Shown one piece after another: positions 29,353 to 38,719 of a DNA stretch of 64,000 nt. The DNA comes from Ruminococcus sp. (GTDB lineage Bacteria > Bacillota > Clostridia > Oscillospirales > Acutalibacteraceae): assembly GCA_017410265.1 (NCBI GenBank), contig JAFQRC010000010.1:27679-91678 (forward strand), read 5' to 3'. Every line of letters begins with the position of its first letter. Within the stretch, counting starts at the first letter, position 1. The notes beneath the pieces were generated by a model, which had not been told where the DNA came from, searched no databases, and saw only the letters and a list, made by a program, of their open reading frames with translations. The translations under genes were made by a program, and so were the position numbers.

Positions 29353-29835
29353 TTATATATCAAAATCGTCGAGCTTGATATACGCTGTGTCTTTCTTAGC
29401 TATGACGACTTCATTTTCACCGCTGTGGTCTTCTATCGTGACCATACCGTCACTATATGCTTTGAGCACACCTTTGAACTCTTTGCCGATACCTTCAAGC
29501 GGGCGAATCATCTTGACCATAATGTCAGCACCAATGAACTCTTCAAAGTGTGAATCTAAAATCAGCTCGCGTTCAATGCCCGGTGAGCTGACCTCTAAAA
29601 TATAGTTGTCAGTAATCGGGTCGAGCTCGTCGAGTGGCTTGTCGATAGCGCGGGATACATTCTCGCAGTCAACTATATCCACACCGCCGTCCTTGTCAAT
29701 GAATACGCGCAGAAACCACTGAGCGCCCTCTTTGACATAGCGCACATCCCAGAGCCTTAAACCAAAGTCTTTTACTATAGGCTCAACTAGCTCCCACACA
29801 ACCGACGCTGTGCCTTTTTTCTTAGCATTTGCCAA
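29353..29835 (-). CDS. rimP: Ribosome maturation factor RimP
   Basis: LRVFIDK...DCENVSR...LEVSSPGIER; TTG start at 29835 behind GAGGTG. Confidence 0.95.
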   Translation of the reverse strand: MANAKKKGTASVVWELVEPIVKDFGLRLWDVRYVKEGAQWFLRVFIDKDGGVDIVDCENVSRAIDKPLDELDPITDNYILEVSSPGIERELILDSHFEEFIGADIMVKMIRPLEGIGKEFKGVLKAYSDGMVTIEDHSGENEVVIAKKDTAYIKLDDFDI

Positions 29836-29854
29836 ATAAATCACCTCTAACAAT

Positions 29855-29889
29855 GTAAAAGAGCGGGTCCTGCAAGACCCACTCTTTAC
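29855..29889 (-). promoter_or_regulatory. Leader hairpin with U-tract (attenuator-like) of the rimP-nusA operon
   Basis: GTAAAGAGTGGGTC-TTGCA-GGACCCGCTCTTTTAC, downstream of TTGACA-17-TAAACT (29914-29942). Confidence 0.65.
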
Positions 29890-29951
29890 ATATACTTTAT
29901 TCAACTGTAGACTAGTTTAGCACAGACAATAGTAATTGTCAAGAGTTATGA

Positions 29952-30129
29952 GAAATTTGAACGGCTCGATTGCTCGACAAGATATAGGTCTGCGACAGCG
30001 ATATCAAGCCTCGTTACTCTGCGCTGATCCTCGGAATAACTCCTACTCGAGCCCCGCCCGTCGGACACGAAATGTCCTGTGGTCGGTTCTGCTTTTCGTC
30101 GTTATCTCGAGGGCTCCGAGTCTCGGCTC
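29952..30129. repeat. Dispersed repeat element directly after the amylase stop codon
   Basis: 30030-30129 closely resembles 36635-36731; 29952-30024 shares motifs with 635-659 and the reverse complement of 1470-1545. Confidence 0.75.
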
Positions 30130-33100
30130 TTAGTTGTGATACTTTTCTCCACCCTTTGGTGTTAAGTAACCGACATTACCTGTTGAGTCAAGCGCGTTTA
30201 AGCCGAAGCTGTAGTTCTGATAGTTCTTAATATCAAGAGTAACAGTATTTGTTGTTGTGCTTGTAACTACAGTTTCTTTTCCGCTTTCATCGAAGTATGA
30301 AACCCATGTTTTTGTAGCACCTGTATCTTCCGGCCAAGTGAGAGTTACTGTGTCCTCATCAACAGGAGTGAAGGTGATGAAGTTTTCGTCTGAATACGGC
30401 ATTCTTGTGCCTGCACCGATGTAGTTAACGGTTACCTGTGAGCCTGTTTCCTCGTCATCATACAAAGCTACTACTGAGAAGAAGTAGTACTTGCCTGGTT
30501 CTCTCCACTTGATTGTGTAGGTTGTGTCTGTTGTCGATGACCATGTTGTCCAATTATCAAGATTTGATGTACTCTTTGTAGTTGTTGAGTAAATAACCCA
30601 GTACTTAACAGCATTTTCATATGCAGGCCAGCTGATTGTAGCTGTAGTCGAAGTTACATCTGTGATAACTGTTGTGATGATATCACCCGATGTTGTTGTT
30701 ACCTCGATATCAGGACAAGCATCTTTTTCACCCAATGCTAACAAGCCGTTTGAAAGTATCGCTGGTACAACCTTGAAGTAGTAAGTTGTTTCAGCCTGAA
30801 GATGCTTTACTGTGTAGTTAAGCTCTGTTGTTGAGTCATACACATAGAAAGGACCGTTTTCTTCAAACGCTTTATAAATCCAGTATTTCTGTGCGCCCTC
30901 AACTGCTTCCCATGTAAGCTCTGCTGATGTTGTTGACGGAGTAGCTTTGAGTGTATCTACTACTACAGGTTCTAGTGTTGTAAATTCTACTGCTGTAGCA
31001 TCAGATAATTTCATAGTTGAGCCATCACTTAGTGTAGCTATAACCTTCACCTGATATGTTGTACTACCTAAAAGACTGCCGACAGTTACCTTAGTGGCTG
31101 TAGTTGAAGTATAAACACCCCAGGAATTAGCACTTTCGTTATATTTATATACCCAGTATTTTGTAGCTCCGTCAACTGCATCCCAGGTGAGCACTGCGTT
31201 TGATGCAGCAGGCTCAGCTTTGATGTTTTCTACCTTAGTTGGAGCCACGGTTACTTCTTCGGTTGGAGCCTCTGTTTCTTCAACTGTCTTTGGCTGTACT
31301 GTGAGATAAGTGTAAGACCAGTCTGAGTTTCCGTCAGGGGTGAAGTAAACTGTGCAATCGCCTACTTTGTTTGAGGTTGCTCCGATTTTGTAGGTACTGC
31401 TCGAAAGGTCTTTGTACCAATTTGTGATATCATTGCCGTCAAAGTAAACGACCTTGAGTGCGTCGCCACCGTAGAATGTCCAGTCGAGGGTATAGATACC
31501 GTCATCGCCTAAAGTCAGCATTCTGTCAGACGAATTTTCATCAACAGTCCAGCAGTCTTCCCCGTTGAGTGTACCTACCATGTAGTAGCCTTTCTCAACT
31601 GAAACTGATGTTTCTTTTTCAGTTTCTTCTTCTGTAGGGTCTGTTACTTCCTCTGTCGGATCAGTTTCTGCCTCAGTCGGTTCTTCGGTTTCTTCTTCGG
31701 TTGGCTCTATTGTTTCTTCCTCTGTCGGGTCCTCATCAGGATTGTAGGAAGCTGTGATGTTGTGGTACAGATCACTGTATTCAAAGACAAGTGTAATCTG
31801 GTTTTCTGCGTATTCTACAGATTCTTCAGCCCAACAATCAGCAGATTCTGCGTTGTAGGTCTTGTATTCTGTTGCTTCAACAGGAATCTGAGCTTGATAA
31901 ATATAGAAGGTTTTTTCTTCGTTTGACCAGTAGTCTGAGCCTACTGCGTACTGAGCAGTTTCTCCTGTTGCTGTAAGTGTTGCGTCACCGAATACGCCTT
32001 CGTCATTCCAGTAGTGGAGAGTCGGAAGAAAATCTGTGATGTATTTAACAACACCCACATAAACAGTTTTTGTTTCGCCTGATACAGGAGCAGATGTAGC
32101 CGCTTGAGTCGGAGTTTCAGTCGGGACTTCTATCTCATCAGCGTTATAAACAACGGCGATACCGGTTGAGCCGATGTTGCCTGAAATTTTACCACCTGAA
32201 ACAGTAAAGGTGTTGCCTGAAATCTGGTCTGTGTATGTACCGCTTGCCATTTTGTTAGCGGTAACCGAAACAGAAGTTGAAGAACCGCCGACATTGACTA
32301 AAACAACGCCTGATGTTCCTCTCTCGACGTAGGCGATACTACCTGAGGATGCGAAATATTCACTCTGACCGACAAAGGCGTTCTTGAACTGGTTTATAGC
32401 TTTGACCTCTTTGTCTGCCCACGCTGTTGTGTCAGCGTTACCGAGCATTGTAGAGCCTGAACTTGGACGAGCAAGATACATGCCGCAGACTTCTGCACGC
32501 GAGCCGACAATAGCCCATGTTTTCTTTAAGTTAGTGTCGGATACATAGCTTGAACTACCCTCACAGTAAGTGTCGTGGGATTCGTTCCACTGAACTGTGT
32601 ATTTAGGCGCCGCGCCGTTGTAGATAGCAGAATTAGCCGCACCGCCTGCGTTTCCTGAATTCACGCAGTTACGAATGTCGTTACTTGAAGCGTTGCAGGT
32701 AACGCTCATATACTGTGTATATGCGGACATATCCACTCCGCCTGTGCTATCGAGCATTTCGCCATAGTAGTATGGTGTAAAGCCGTAGGTATCTTCAGCG
32801 TAAGCAGTAGCCGCATTCAAAACATTTGGCCAGAAATCACTGCCCGTGCCATAAGAATCAGATGGTGTTTCGATGTGCTTAGCGGCATCGAATCTAAAGC
32901 CGTCAGCACCGCAGTCGATACATTCTTTTAAGAAGCTTGTAGCGTAGTTCTGGATTTTGCTATAGCCTGTGTTTAAATCAGGAAGACCGCCTAAGCAGTA
33001 GTGAGTAACATCATAGCGGTTTGAATAGTTGCTGATGTTGGTTGTGGTAGAGTGCCAGCAAGAAGAGTCGTTTCTGATATCAGAAGTAATCTGAGATGAC

Positions 33101-33558
33101 ACAGTATTGTCCGCACTTTCATTAGCAAGGTGATTGAAAACAGCATCAACAATAACCTTGATGCCGTACTTTTCAGCTTCTTCGCACATAGCCTTGAACT
33201 CTGTTTTTGTACCAAGCGCACTGCGGGAGTTTGTCTCAATCGAGAAGCTTATCGGCTGGTAGTAAACCCAGAAAGAGTTAGTGCAGGTGCTCCAGCTTTC
33301 TTTAGTAGACTCTTTTGAAGCCTGAATAGGAGAAGTCTGGATAGCTGAAAATCCCTGCGCGGCGATTTTAGCCATATTGTTCTTTATATTGTTAAAGGAC
33401 CAGTTAAAGCACTGGAGAATCTGGCCGTTTTGAACATCTTCTGTAAGACCATAATTATTTGTAGCCGCCTGTGTTTCAACTGTAAAGAAGTCAGTAGTAA
33501 TAAAACAACTGAACATCATACACAACGCAAGCGCTAAACTTAATAACCTTTTCAACAT
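30130..33558 (-). CDS. Secreted alpha-amylase (GH13, subfamily 28-like) with two accessory modules and a 4xFN3 tail; no dockerin
   Basis: Signal peptide; catalytic triad GFRFDAAKH / YGEML / ESHD; module ~31742-32070; X25/SusE-like module ~31292-31593; FN3 tail ~30130-31243. Confidence 0.9.
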   Translation of the reverse strand: MLKRLLSLALALCMMFSCFITTDFFTVETQAATNNYGLTEDVQNGQILQCFNWSFNNIKNNMAKIAAQGFSAIQTSPIQASKESTKESWSTCTNSFWVYYQPISFSIETNSRSALGTKTEFKAMCEEAEKYGIKVIVDAVFNHLANESADNTVSSQITSDIRNDSSCWHSTTTNISNYSNRYDVTHYCLGGLPDLNTGYSKIQNYATSFLKECIDCGADGFRFDAAKHIETPSDSYGTGSDFWPNVLNAATAYAEDTYGFTPYYYGEMLDSTGGVDMSAYTQYMSVTCNASSNDIRNCVNSGNAGGAANSAIYNGAAPKYTVQWNESHDTYCEGSSSYVSDTNLKKTWAIVGSRAEVCGMYLARPSSGSTMLGNADTTAWADKEVKAINQFKNAFVGQSEYFASSGSIAYVERGTSGVVLVNVGGSSTSVSVTANKMASGTYTDQISGNTFTVSGGKISGNIGSTGIAVVYNADEIEVPTETPTQAATSAPVSGETKTVYVGVVKYITDFLPTLHYWNDEGVFGDATLTATGETAQYAVGSDYWSNEEKTFYIYQAQIPVEATEYKTYNAESADCWAEESVEYAENQITLVFEYSDLYHNITASYNPDEDPTEEETIEPTEEETEEPTEAETDPTEEVTDPTEEETEKETSVSVEKGYYMVGTLNGEDCWTVDENSSDRMLTLGDDGIYTLDWTFYGGDALKVVYFDGNDITNWYKDLSSSTYKIGATSNKVGDCTVYFTPDGNSDWSYTYLTVQPKTVEETEAPTEEVTVAPTKVENIKAEPAASNAVLTWDAVDGATKYWVYKYNESANSWGVYTSTTATKVTVGSLLGSTTYQVKVIATLSDGSTMKLSDATAVEFTTLEPVVVDTLKATPSTTSAELTWEAVEGAQKYWIYKAFEENGPFYVYDSTTELNYTVKHLQAETTYYFKVVPAILSNGLLALGEKDACPDIEVTTTSGDIITTVITDVTSTTATISWPAYENAVKYWVIYSTTTKSTSNLDNWTTWSSTTDTTYTIKWREPGKYYFFSVVALYDDEETGSQVTVNYIGAGTRMPYSDENFITFTPVDEDTVTLTWPEDTGATKTWVSYFDESGKETVVTSTTTNTVTLDIKNYQNYSFGLNALDSTGNVGYLTPKGGEKYHN

Positions 33559-33636
33559 AACCTTGTCCTCTCTTTCGTGGTTTGAGAATCATTTTATTTT
33601 GCTATTATATTTTACTATAAAAGATATTGAAATCTC

Positions 33637-33660
33637 AACGGCTATAAGCACTAAACTTTT
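33637..33660. promoter_or_regulatory. 24-bp conserved site upstream of amylase 1
   Basis: AACGGCTATAAGCACTAAACTTTT, 23/24 identical to 36299-36322, abutting the -35 element. Confidence 0.7.
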
Positions 33661-33707
33661 TCTTCAGCTATTGTACAAAACGCTTAGTGATTCTAAAAGG
33701 AATGTGA

Positions 33708-33736
33708 AAAGCGGGAGCAAAAACTGCCCCCGCTTT
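33708..33736 (-). terminator. Intrinsic terminator of amylase 2
   Basis: AAAGCGGGAGC-AAAAACT-GCCCCCGCTTT; same family as 46387-46415 and 50823-50851. Confidence 0.75.
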
Positions 33737-33864
33737 GAGTCATTGATGTTCAATTTGTAAATTCACGGTTCTCATTTTTAGACTTTTCGACCAAGAATTT
33801 CTTCGAAAAAGATAAGAAATCGCCATAAACTTTCCAAATCTTGTCATATTTTATGATTAGAGTG

Positions 33865-36219
33865 CTATCCGTTATAAACACTCCAATTGCCGTTGTCAAA
33901 AATTTTGCCGAAGCCCTGGAGTGAAATGTCAGCAGACTGCGCACCCTGGTTGTTGTTATTGAATACAACCATTGTTGCGTCCTGAGGAATCTGAGCTCTG
34001 TAAACATTGTTGCCGACAGGCTCCATATGAACACCCGGCCATGAGCTCTCAGAAGAGCCGCCCCAGTAGTGGACCTTGACCTCTCCCCAGTTGTCGTTGT
34101 TCTTGTAGTAGATGTATGTACCGTCAACCACAGGAATATCAACCGGCGACTGTGTCGGAGCGACCGTAGGCTGTGTTACATTACCATAATCGCTCCAGTT
34201 GCCGTCGGTGTAAATCTTGTTTACACCTTGAAGAGTGATATTTGAAGTCTGTGAACTGCCGTTATTAAAAATTACATACTGAGCGGAAGAAGGAATTTCT
34301 GCTGCGTAAACGTTGTCGCCAAAAGAAGTCATATCTTTGCCCGGCCAAGAAACCATATTGGTATCTGAATCTGACCAGTAGTAAATCTTGACAGTAGACC
34401 AACCCTGAGTGTTATTGTAGTAGATATAGTTGCCAACAGGAAGTGCAGGCTGAGTAGGAGCAACGGTCGGGTCGACAACGCTCTCACTCTCAACATATTT
34501 TCCGCAGTATGAGCCCTCTTTGCTCAAACCTGCCACATACTGCTGAATCAGAGTAGCGTCTACAACATTGACTTCACCGTTTAAATCTGCGTCAGCATAG
34601 CGCTGCTGTTTTTCTGTGAAAGCAGTTGACTTTGAAACAAATCTCTGCACAAATGTTGCGTCTGTAACAGAAACATTGTCGTCTGAGTTAACATCGCCGA
34701 CGAGGTATTTCTCCACAGGCTGTGTAGGTGGATTTGTAGGAGCAGCTGTCGGAGCCTGAGTCGGAGGAGTTGTCGGCTGAGGTGTTGAGTTCTGGTTATA
34801 CACAACTGCAACACCTGATGAGCCGATGTTACCAGAAATTCTGCCATTAGAAACAGTGAAGGAATTTCCTGTTACATAGTCTTTATATGTACCATTTGCC
34901 ATATTAGGAACATTAATATTGACAGATGTTGAGGTGCCGTGTGCGTTAACAAGAACAACACCACAGTTTCCTCTGACATTATAAGCGATTGAACCGTCAG
35001 CTCCTAAGTACTCGCTCTGTCCGTCAAAGTAGTTTTTGAACTTGTTGACTTCAGCGACCGGCTTTGACTTATAAGTAGTGTTTGAACTTGCGTCGCCCAT
35101 ATTGTAAGCAGGACGGGCAAAGAACAGTGAAGAAGCTTCTGCACGGGAGCCTATCATAGCCCAGGCTTTGATGATTTTGTCATCTGAAACGCCTGAAGTA
35201 TTACCCATACCGCCTGAACCGGATTCGCCCATATATGTATCGTGGGATTCAACCCAGAGCACATTTTTGTTAGCAGCTGCGCCCTTAGCGTAGTTTGAAT
35301 TTGCCATACCTGAAACATTGCTGTTGCAGGTTGCCATGAGAATAGCGTCACTTGTGAAGTTATCCGTGATGCTCATATATCTTGTATAGTTAGAAATATC
35401 TGTACCACAGCCGTTTAATATCTCGCCGTAGAAATAGATTTCATTAGGTGAAGCGTTCTGCGCACCGTTTAAAACATTCGGCCAGAAATCACTTCTGTTG
35501 CCGTCGTCTGTTGGTAACTCGATGTGTTTAGCAGCGTCAAAACGGAATCCGTCAACACCGATATTTACACACTCAACAAGGAAGTTCTTTACGATATTCT
35601 GAACATCAGGGTGACCTGTGTTAAGGTCTGGCATACCGATGTGACCCATTGTCATCGCGTAACGGCTACCGTCGTTAGCACCATCGTTATAGTCGTGGTA
35701 ATATTCCCATCTTTTGAGTGAGCCGTCTACATTGCCGTCAAGTGAGCCGTATCCTCCACCACCGTTACCTGAAAGGTGGTTTGCAACAACGTCAACGATA
35801 ACCTTGATGCCCATAGACTCAGCTGTGGAGCAAAGTGACTGGAGGTCTGACTTACTACCAAGCCAGGTGTGGTTTGAAATAGAAAAGTTAAGTGGCTGAT
35901 AAAGCTTCCACCACTGGTTTTTCTGGTCACGCCATGAACCGTTGTAGTCCTTTGGCTGCTGAACAGGAGATGTCTGTACAGCTGTGTAGCCTGCGTCCTT
36001 GATAGCCTGCAGGTTATTCTTGATGTTATTGTAAGACCAGTTGAAGCAGTGTAAAATAGCACTACCCTGAATACTGCTCTGTGGCGCAGTGCTTGCAGAA
36101 AGAGTAGCACTGTCAACAACTGATGCCTGTGTATCAACTGCTGTGAAATCAACAGCAATCACACAAGACAGCGTAATACAAAGTGCGAGCACGATGCTCA
36201 GAAATTTTTTCATCATCAA
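33865..36219 (-). CDS. Secreted alpha-amylase (GH13, subfamily 28-like) with internal dockerin and two C-terminal CBM26-like modules
   Basis: GFRFDAAKH / YGEIL / ESHD; dockerin GDVNSDDNVSVTDATFVQR...ADLNGEVNVVDATLIQQ (~34528-34704); two YIYYxNxxxWxxVKxxYW...WPGxxM...IFNNG modules. Confidence 0.92.
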   Translation of the reverse strand: MMMKKFLSIVLALCITLSCVIAVDFTAVDTQASVVDSATLSASTAPQSSIQGSAILHCFNWSYNNIKNNLQAIKDAGYTAVQTSPVQQPKDYNGSWRDQKNQWWKLYQPLNFSISNHTWLGSKSDLQSLCSTAESMGIKVIVDVVANHLSGNGGGGYGSLDGNVDGSLKRWEYYHDYNDGANDGSRYAMTMGHIGMPDLNTGHPDVQNIVKNFLVECVNIGVDGFRFDAAKHIELPTDDGNRSDFWPNVLNGAQNASPNEIYFYGEILNGCGTDISNYTRYMSITDNFTSDAILMATCNSNVSGMANSNYAKGAAANKNVLWVESHDTYMGESGSGGMGNTSGVSDDKIIKAWAMIGSRAEASSLFFARPAYNMGDASSNTTYKSKPVAEVNKFKNYFDGQSEYLGADGSIAYNVRGNCGVVLVNAHGTSTSVNINVPNMANGTYKDYVTGNSFTVSNGRISGNIGSSGVAVVYNQNSTPQPTTPPTQAPTAAPTNPPTQPVEKYLVGDVNSDDNVSVTDATFVQRFVSKSTAFTEKQQRYADADLNGEVNVVDATLIQQYVAGLSKEGSYCGKYVESESVVDPTVAPTQPALPVGNYIYYNNTQGWSTVKIYYWSDSDTNMVSWPGKDMTSFGDNVYAAEIPSSAQYVIFNNGSSQTSNITLQGVNKIYTDGNWSDYGNVTQPTVAPTQSPVDIPVVDGTYIYYKNNDNWGEVKVHYWGGSSESSWPGVHMEPVGNNVYRAQIPQDATMVVFNNNNQGAQSADISLQGFGKIFDNGNWSVYNG

Positions 36220-36298
36220 TCTCTCCTAAAGTTGAATAAGGTGAAAACCAATATTTTTCATTATGCTACTATTCTACAACACCGCCACCTCAAAAAAC

Positions 36299-36322
36299 AA
36301 CGGATATAAGCACTAAACTTTT
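36299..36322. promoter_or_regulatory. 24-bp conserved site upstream of amylase 2
   Basis: AACGGATATAAGCACTAAACTTTT abutting TTGTTT-18-TAGAAT. Confidence 0.7.
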
Positions 36323-36589
36323 CAAAAGTATCTTAGTCAAAACCACCAACAAACAGGAGAGATGTTTGAATAAAATCACAACACCATCTTTAAGACACGA
36401 AGTTTTTGTCGGCATATTGTACTAAGAAGTGACCTCTGTTTTGTATAACTCTCACGACGGTTTTTTTACATTGATATTCCCAAAATTTATCCTCGGGTTT
36501 TAAAAACTGTGCGATAAAAGACAAAAAACCTCCCCTTTTTCAGGGGAGGCTGATGTTAAAAATCGAGTATTTATGCGGGTTTGCTATGA

Positions 36590-36731
36590 GCCTTGACTCT
36601 TAGCTGTCAAGCTTCGCTCACCCACGCTGCTCCTCAAAACAACTCCTACCAAAGTCCCGCCCGTCGGACATAAATTGTCCTTTGGTCGGCTCAGCTTTTT
36701 TTGTTATCTCGAGGGCTACGGCGCTCAGCTC
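36590..36731. repeat. Dispersed repeat element directly after the scaffoldin stop codon
   Basis: AACTCCTAC...CCCGCCCGTCGGACA...TGTCCT.TGGTCGG...GTTATCTCGAGGGCT shared with 30030-30129. Confidence 0.75.
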
Positions 36732-38543
36732 TTAGTTATGATACTTTTCGCCACCTGCAGGTGTTAAGTATCCGACATTACCTGTTGAGTCAAGTGCGTT
36801 TAAGCCAAAGCTGTAGTTTTCGTAATTTGCGATATCGAGTGTAACTGTATTTGTTGTTGTGCTCTTTAAGATAGTTTCTTTACCGTTTTCATCATAGTAT
36901 GAAGCCCATACTTTTGTTGCACCTGTGTCTTCTGGCCAAGTAAGTGTTACTGTGTCTTCATCTACTGGAGTGAAAGTGATAAAGTTGCTGTCTGAATAAG
37001 GTATTCTTGCGCCGTCAGCTAAGTATTTGACTGTTGCCTGTTGGCCTGTTTCAGCGTCATTGTACAGAGCTACTACTGAGAAGAAATAGTACTTGCCTGG
37101 TTCTCTCCACTTAAATGTGTAAGTTGTATCAGTTGTTTCTGCCCATGTTGTCCAATTATCAAGATTTGTTGTGCTCATTGTAGTTGTTGAGAAAATTACC
37201 CAGTACTTCACAACATTCTCAAACTTCGGCCAGCTGATGGTTGCTGTTGTTGATGTGAGGCTAGTGATTTCTACTGTGATGCTTTCGCCGGTTGCTGTAG
37301 TAGCTTCCAATTTCTGAGCTGCGTCAGCTTCGCCGAGTGATAACAAGCCGTTTGATAAAATAGCAGGGATAACCTTGAAGTAGTAGGTTGTATCCGGCTG
37401 AAGATGTTTTACTGTGTAGTTAAGTTCTGTAGTTGCATCGTATACATAGAAAGGACCATTTTCTTCAAAAGCTTTGTAAATCCAGTACTTCTGCGCGCCT
37501 TCTACTGCATTCCATGAAAGCTTAACTGATGTTACATCGGGTGTAGCCATAAGACCGTCAACCACAACAGGAGCTTTAGTTGTAAATTCTACAACATCTG
37601 CGTCAGAAAGCTTCTGCATTGTACCGTCGGAGAAAGCAGCTATAACCTTAATCTGATATGTTGTATCGCCTACCAAAGTGCCGACTGTAGCTTTGTTAGT
37701 AGTTGAAGAAGTATATGCTACATAATTTCCGTCTTTTTCCTTGTAAATCCAGTATTTTGTTGCACCCTCTACGGCGTCCCAAGTAAGAACAGCTGTTGAT
37801 GATGCAGGATCTACAACGATATTTTCAACCTTAGTTGGTTTAGCAGGAGCGTCAGTTGGTGCTTCTGTTGGTTCCTCTGTAGGTTCCTCTGTTGGCTCCT
37901 CTGTTGGTTCCTCTGTTGGCTCCTCTGTTGGCTCCTCTGTAGGTTCCTCTGTTGGTTTATCTGTTGGTATTTCAGTAGGCTCTTCTGATGCTTCGTATGT
38001 AACATACTCAGCGTAGGTAAAGTCCTTCACAAAAACAGAACCTTCAGGAGTCTTGTCGATGTAATAATCACGGTTTTCACCGCCGAGCTCAATAACTTCT
38101 GTAGCGATGGTGCTCTCACCAGCAGCTAAAACTGTGAATTCAAATATAGCAACAGCCTCTTCGCCGCTGAAGGTGTATGGATTGTTTCTAGTGAAGTTGT
38201 AGAGAATCTCATCCTCTAAATCAAGGTTAACAACAGCAGTACCGCTAACCTTAGGGAAAGTTTCCTCTAAAAATGCATCATAAGCATCTTCGTCATCTTC
38301 GCTGACTTTAGTTACTGCGAGATAATCGCTGTCATAGGTAACCGAAGCCTCCATACACATGGATTTCATATCAGTCAGAGCATAGGTGTAGGTGAAGGTT
38401 TCGCCCACAGGGATGTCAGTTGTAACCCCGTTTACAGTGAGGGAAAGTACATCTGCATCTTCAGCAGAAACAGAAAAACCGAGTCCCATAAAAGCTGACA
38501 TTGTAATGATAAGTGCTAACAGGATAGAAAGTAATTTTTTCAT
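36732..38543 (-). CDS. Putative scaffoldin: signal peptide, one cohesin-like domain, PTEE linker, 4xFN3 tail
   Basis: LTVNGVTTDIPVGETFTYTYAL...ASVTYDSDYL...YNFT...YTFSGEEAVAIFEFTVLAAGESTI resembles Ruminococcus cohesins; start moved to ATG 38543 (GGAGG RBS; TTGACT-17-TATTAT at 38575-38603). Confidence 0.7.
   Translation of the reverse strand: MKKLLSILLALIITMSAFMGLGFSVSAEDADVLSLTVNGVTTDIPVGETFTYTYALTDMKSMCMEASVTYDSDYLAVTKVSEDDEDAYDAFLEETFPKVSGTAVVNLDLEDEILYNFTRNNPYTFSGEEAVAIFEFTVLAAGESTIATEVIELGGENRDYYIDKTPEGSVFVKDFTYAEYVTYEASEEPTEIPTDKPTEEPTEEPTEEPTEEPTEEPTEEPTEEPTEAPTDAPAKPTKVENIVVDPASSTAVLTWDAVEGATKYWIYKEKDGNYVAYTSSTTNKATVGTLVGDTTYQIKVIAAFSDGTMQKLSDADVVEFTTKAPVVVDGLMATPDVTSVKLSWNAVEGAQKYWIYKAFEENGPFYVYDATTELNYTVKHLQPDTTYYFKVIPAILSNGLLSLGEADAAQKLEATTATGESITVEITSLTSTTATISWPKFENVVKYWVIFSTTTMSTTNLDNWTTWAETTDTTYTFKWREPGKYYFFSVVALYNDAETGQQATVKYLADGARIPYSDSNFITFTPVDEDTVTLTWPEDTGATKVWASYYDENGKETILKSTTTNTVTLDIANYENYSFGLNALDSTGNVGYLTPAGGEKYHN
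37853..37985 (-). repeat. Coding 12-bp tandem repeats (PTEE linker)
   Basis: GG(T/C)TCCTCTGT(T/A) units encoding EEPTEEPTEEPT. Confidence 0.9.
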
Positions 38544-38719
38544 AATTAATCCTCCAATATATTTATACATTATTATAATAGCATTGAGCATTTTCAAAGT
38601 CAACAAAATAGCCTTTTGAGAGTGTAGAAAAATTGCTTTGTTTTTTGACAAATCCTACAAAAACACGCAAAAATCCCCCACTCATAGAGCAGGGGATAAG
38701 CATAATATATATTGGTTGA

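Noticed and set aside
37853-37985. Regular short repeats suggesting a CRISPR array
   Set aside because: 12-bp coding repeats of a PTEE linker with no spacers and no cas genes.
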